The notes under the pieces: generated by a model
Told to the model about the DNA's origin: nothing
Seen by the model: only the letters and a program-made list of their open reading frames with translations
Databases searched by the model: none
From: Tubiluchus corallicola
Taxonomy: Eukaryota > Animalia > Priapulida
Length of the DNA: 64,000 bases
Assembly: GCA_030141605.1 (NCBI GenBank)
Contig: JAQGDQ010000465.1
Span: 62,001 to 126,000 of the forward strand
Direction of reading: 5' to 3'
Shown: positions 61,401-64,000 of the stretch, piece after piece
How the letters are laid out: each line of letters opens with the position of its first letter
Numbering within the stretch: the first letter of the stretch is position 1
Made by a program: the position numbers and the translations under genes

Positions 61401-61648
61401 ATACTAATAAAAGGAATAAATAAGCTATAATAATAATAATAAATTTATAGATATTTTTCGATACTGTAAATGTTTATATAATATATACCATGGAATGCAG
61501 TAAATAGGAAGTTCTCTTTTTGTTACAATGATTACATTGCTTTTTCAGTGCTATAGCTATAACTGAAGCGCTGATCTGTGTAAAGTTGGGCAGGGATTTA
61601 TTCGCTCTCACGGAAATCTCGTGTATCGTAGGATGGCTGGTGTTTCAG
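49872..61648 (+). CDS. PTDSS1: Phosphatidylserine synthase 1-like (base-exchange PSS); ten exons, continuing past the last exon seen
   Basis: Exons 49872-50044, 50197-50288, 50405-50449, 51733-51851, 52909-53067, 55570-55721, 56743-56802, 58540-58621, 59424-59602, 61549-61648 (1161 nt, in frame, no stop) give [11 protein letters not shown]...[25 protein letters not shown]...[17 protein letters not shown]...[11 protein letters not shown]...[13 protein letters not shown]...[10 protein letters not shown]...RVGTQCWVF. Confidence 0.95.
51200..51632 (-). mobile_element. hAT MITE family A
   Basis: Perfect 16-bp TIR and perfect TSD CACTAGTC. Confidence 0.92.
52033..52292. repeat. 37-bp minisatellite, about 7 copies
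   Basis: Unit TGAAGCCATTTTAATTTCTTCTCATAGTGGTTTTTTC. Confidence 0.92.
52394..52767. mobile_element. Second copy of the GCCTTTTCA-TIR MITE
   Basis: Colinear with 3911-4294, including the GGTCAAAGGTTAAGTGTACCA inverted pair. Confidence 0.7.
53454..53698 (+). mobile_element. hAT MITE family A, internally deleted (245 bp)
   Basis: TIRs plus perfect TSD TATTAAGG. Confidence 0.9.
56860..57230 (-). mobile_element. L2-clade LINE 3' end
   Basis: Minus strand reads [23 protein letters not shown]...[13 protein letters not shown], then a 3' stem-loop AAGCGTCT...AGACGCT and AATAAA. Confidence 0.8.
57190..57621. repeat. 41-bp minisatellite, about 10.5 copies
   Basis: Unit TGCAACAGCAAATGACCTATCACCCATAGTGGAACAGGTCC. 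Confidence 0.95.
57646..58306 (+). mobile_element. Family B DNA transposon copy
   Basis: Ends TATGTTGCTTGCA / TGCAAGCCCACATA; colinear with 21251-21911. Confidence 0.72.
60316..61135. repeat. 91-bp pyrimidine-rich minisatellite, about 9 copies
   Basis: The 91-nt period is visible in the repeat and in the staggered ORFs at 60373, 60464 and 60555. Confidence 0.93.
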
Positions 61649-63261
61649 GTAACTTCTACTTCAAATGAAACGTATCGTCTAAAGTTGCTTGAATTGGTTG
61701 TGCTTTCTTTTTGTAAGTTTATGCTATCTGGTCTAAAGTGTTAGCTTTTGTGCTTCTAGAGAATGCTTGTATGGTCAGCACATGTGTAAGTTCTACAATG
61801 GACTGTCGGATTTTAAATTTATATGTCTCACACAACACTGAGAGTAGCCTTTCTGGACCTCTGTATAATGAGTCAATGTATTAAAGGAAAATAGGATGAT
61901 TTTTCATATCCTACCCCATCTTGAAGGATGTTGAAGGGCGGAAGGATATGTTAAGACTTATAATATTGCAAAAGCATTTCTGATTCAGTCCGAGTCACAT
62001 TCTGTGTGATACACAAAACCTTGATAAATTTGAAGTTTAAAATTTTAAATTTCTAGTTTACCTACAATTGAATGTGTGTGTGTGTGTGTGTCTGTGTGTG
62101 TGTGCGCGTGTGCATGCGTGCGTGTGTGCAGCATCTCAACTTTGAAATGAGAGGTACAGCACCTGTTTTTTATGCCTCGCGTATCCAAGATGCAGGCGCT
62201 ACATGGCAAAAAGCATATAACACATATAAGAACTAGCCGTGCGAATGCAAAACCACCATTCTTTTGGTTGTAATAATTCTTTCATGTAAGTCTTTCTTAC
62301 ATAATTCTTACATCAATTCAATATTTTATGGGGGGGGATTGTTTTGAGCTATAATTTAAGATTGGTCCGGTTTTTGCTTAAATCTGTTTTTGACATTCTT
62401 GGTTTCTAGTTGTGAAAGTCATTTTTGAGTTTGTTGTTCAGTCACTTTGTTATGATTGAGTTTAGGTACAGAGAAGTATGAATAGGAACCAAAAATCTAT
62501 AATAAATATTTGCACTGCACACAACAGAAAAGTGTTTATTGAACTACAGAAAACATGAGTAGCAAAACTGCTGCACTGAACATTGAGCAAAAACTAGAAA
62601 GCAAAAACAGTCAGTAAAACCTGTTTCACAGCCAGTATACAGGTATAGAACTTGACCTATGCAGACTTGCACAGGCTTCACAACAACCATTAATTTTAGA
62701 TAGGGAGAGGACCAGTGTGTATGTAGTCACTGGACCATACAATTATACTGAAGGTAAGTCAGCTGGTAGAATGTAACAAGATTAGCACATAGATGGCAGC
62801 ACCTAACTACAATGTACAATTCCGACTTTCACAGAAGTAATTGTAATGCTTAATCTTTCAACTAAGAAAATGTAGTCCAAAATGCTCCTGACTTTGTTAT
62901 TACGGTTTTTTGTAGAATAAATAAATTATTTTAATCGTAACATCAAACTAGGATTTGGTACCTAATTGATATTCCCATTTTTTTCCGCTGTTTTTTAAAT
63001 ACTAATTGGTACATCCTTCACAAGCACTAGGGAACATCCTTATGAACCTGTTGTAGAATTTTCCTAAATTTCAGTGCTTGATTTCTGTATGTTGAATAAG
63101 TAGTAGCTAAAGCAGCAGATATGACTCGTTAGTACTCTACTCCTTTATTTACTTATTTAAAAATAAAAATGTAAGCAATATAGTAAATTATACTATTTGG
63201 TATATAGAAAATCACCATGTAAAGTGTACAGGTCTTACCAAACGCATATGACACATTCTTA

Positions 63262-63970
63262 AGTGTGTGTGCATGTATGTTTGTTTGTTTAATTATTATG
63301 TGTATGTATGTATATGTATAATGTGTATGTATGCGTATGTGTGTTTGTTTATTTAATTATTATGTGTATGTATGTATATGTATAATGTGTATGTATGCGT
63401 ATGTGTGTTTGTTTATTTAATTATTATGTGTATGTATGTATATGTATAATGTGTATGTATGCCTATGTGTGTTTGTTTATTTAATTATCATGTGTATGTA
63501 TGTATATGTGTGTTTGTTTATTTAATTATTATGTGTATATATGTATATGTATAATGTGTATGTATGCGTATGTGTGTTTGTTTATTTAATTATTATGTGT
63601 ATGTATGTATATGTATAATGTGTATGTATGCGTATGTGTGTTTGTTTATTTAATTAGTATGCGTATGTATGTATATGTATAATGTGTTTGTATGCGTATG
63701 TGTGTTTGTTTATTTTATTATTATGTATATGTATGTATATGTATAATGTGTATGTATGCATATGTATAATGTCTACGTATGCGTATGTGTAATGTGTATG
63801 TATGCGTATGTATAATGTATATGTATGCGTATGTATAATGTGTATGAATGCGTATGTATAATGTGTATGAATGCGTATGTATAATGTGTTTGTATGCATA
63901 TGTATAATGTGTATGTATGCGTATGTATAATGTGTATGTATGCGTATGTATAATGTGTATGTTATTTAAT
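63262..63970. repeat. Compound (TATG/TG)-rich minisatellite
   Basis: Repeats of TGTGTTTGTTTATTTAATTATTATGTGTATGTATGTATATGTATAATGTGTATGTATGCGTATG and shorter sub-units. Confidence 0.93.
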
Positions 63971-64000
63971 TAGTAGAGGTAAAATGGTTTAGCGCGATTG

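Overview
AT-rich, intron-containing metazoan (invertebrate bilaterian) genomic DNA, not prokaryotic. Six protein-coding genes were reconstructed by hand from GT-AG exons with consistent phase: the 3' part of MSH6 (+, 822-8886), an intronless class A GPCR (+, 12328-13413), WDR4/TRM82 (-, 13731-23325), TBPL1/TRF2 (-, 27886-38114), an INSIG with a single coding exon (-, 45341-45976) and, head-to-head with it, PTDSS1-like phosphatidylserine synthase (+, from 49872, running off the end). Introns are full of non-autonomous DNA transposons (hAT/Buster, Tc1-pogo, TTAA-type, a possible Helitron), decayed LINE ends, a tRNA-like repeat family, foldback palindromes and about ten minisatellites. Most notable: (1) a solo LTR in a WDR4 intron whose U3 is a heat-shock-element array in front of a TATA box, pointing antisense to the host gene; (2) minisatellites amplified from LINE coding sequence at the 5' side of truncated LINEs; (3) a divergent INSIG/PTDSS arrangement with SRE-like and CCAAT motifs; (4) small upstream exons of WDR4 with overlapping ORFs. 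All calls come from manual reading and remembered family motifs; no searches were run, and repeat boundaries are approximate unless a TSD is given.
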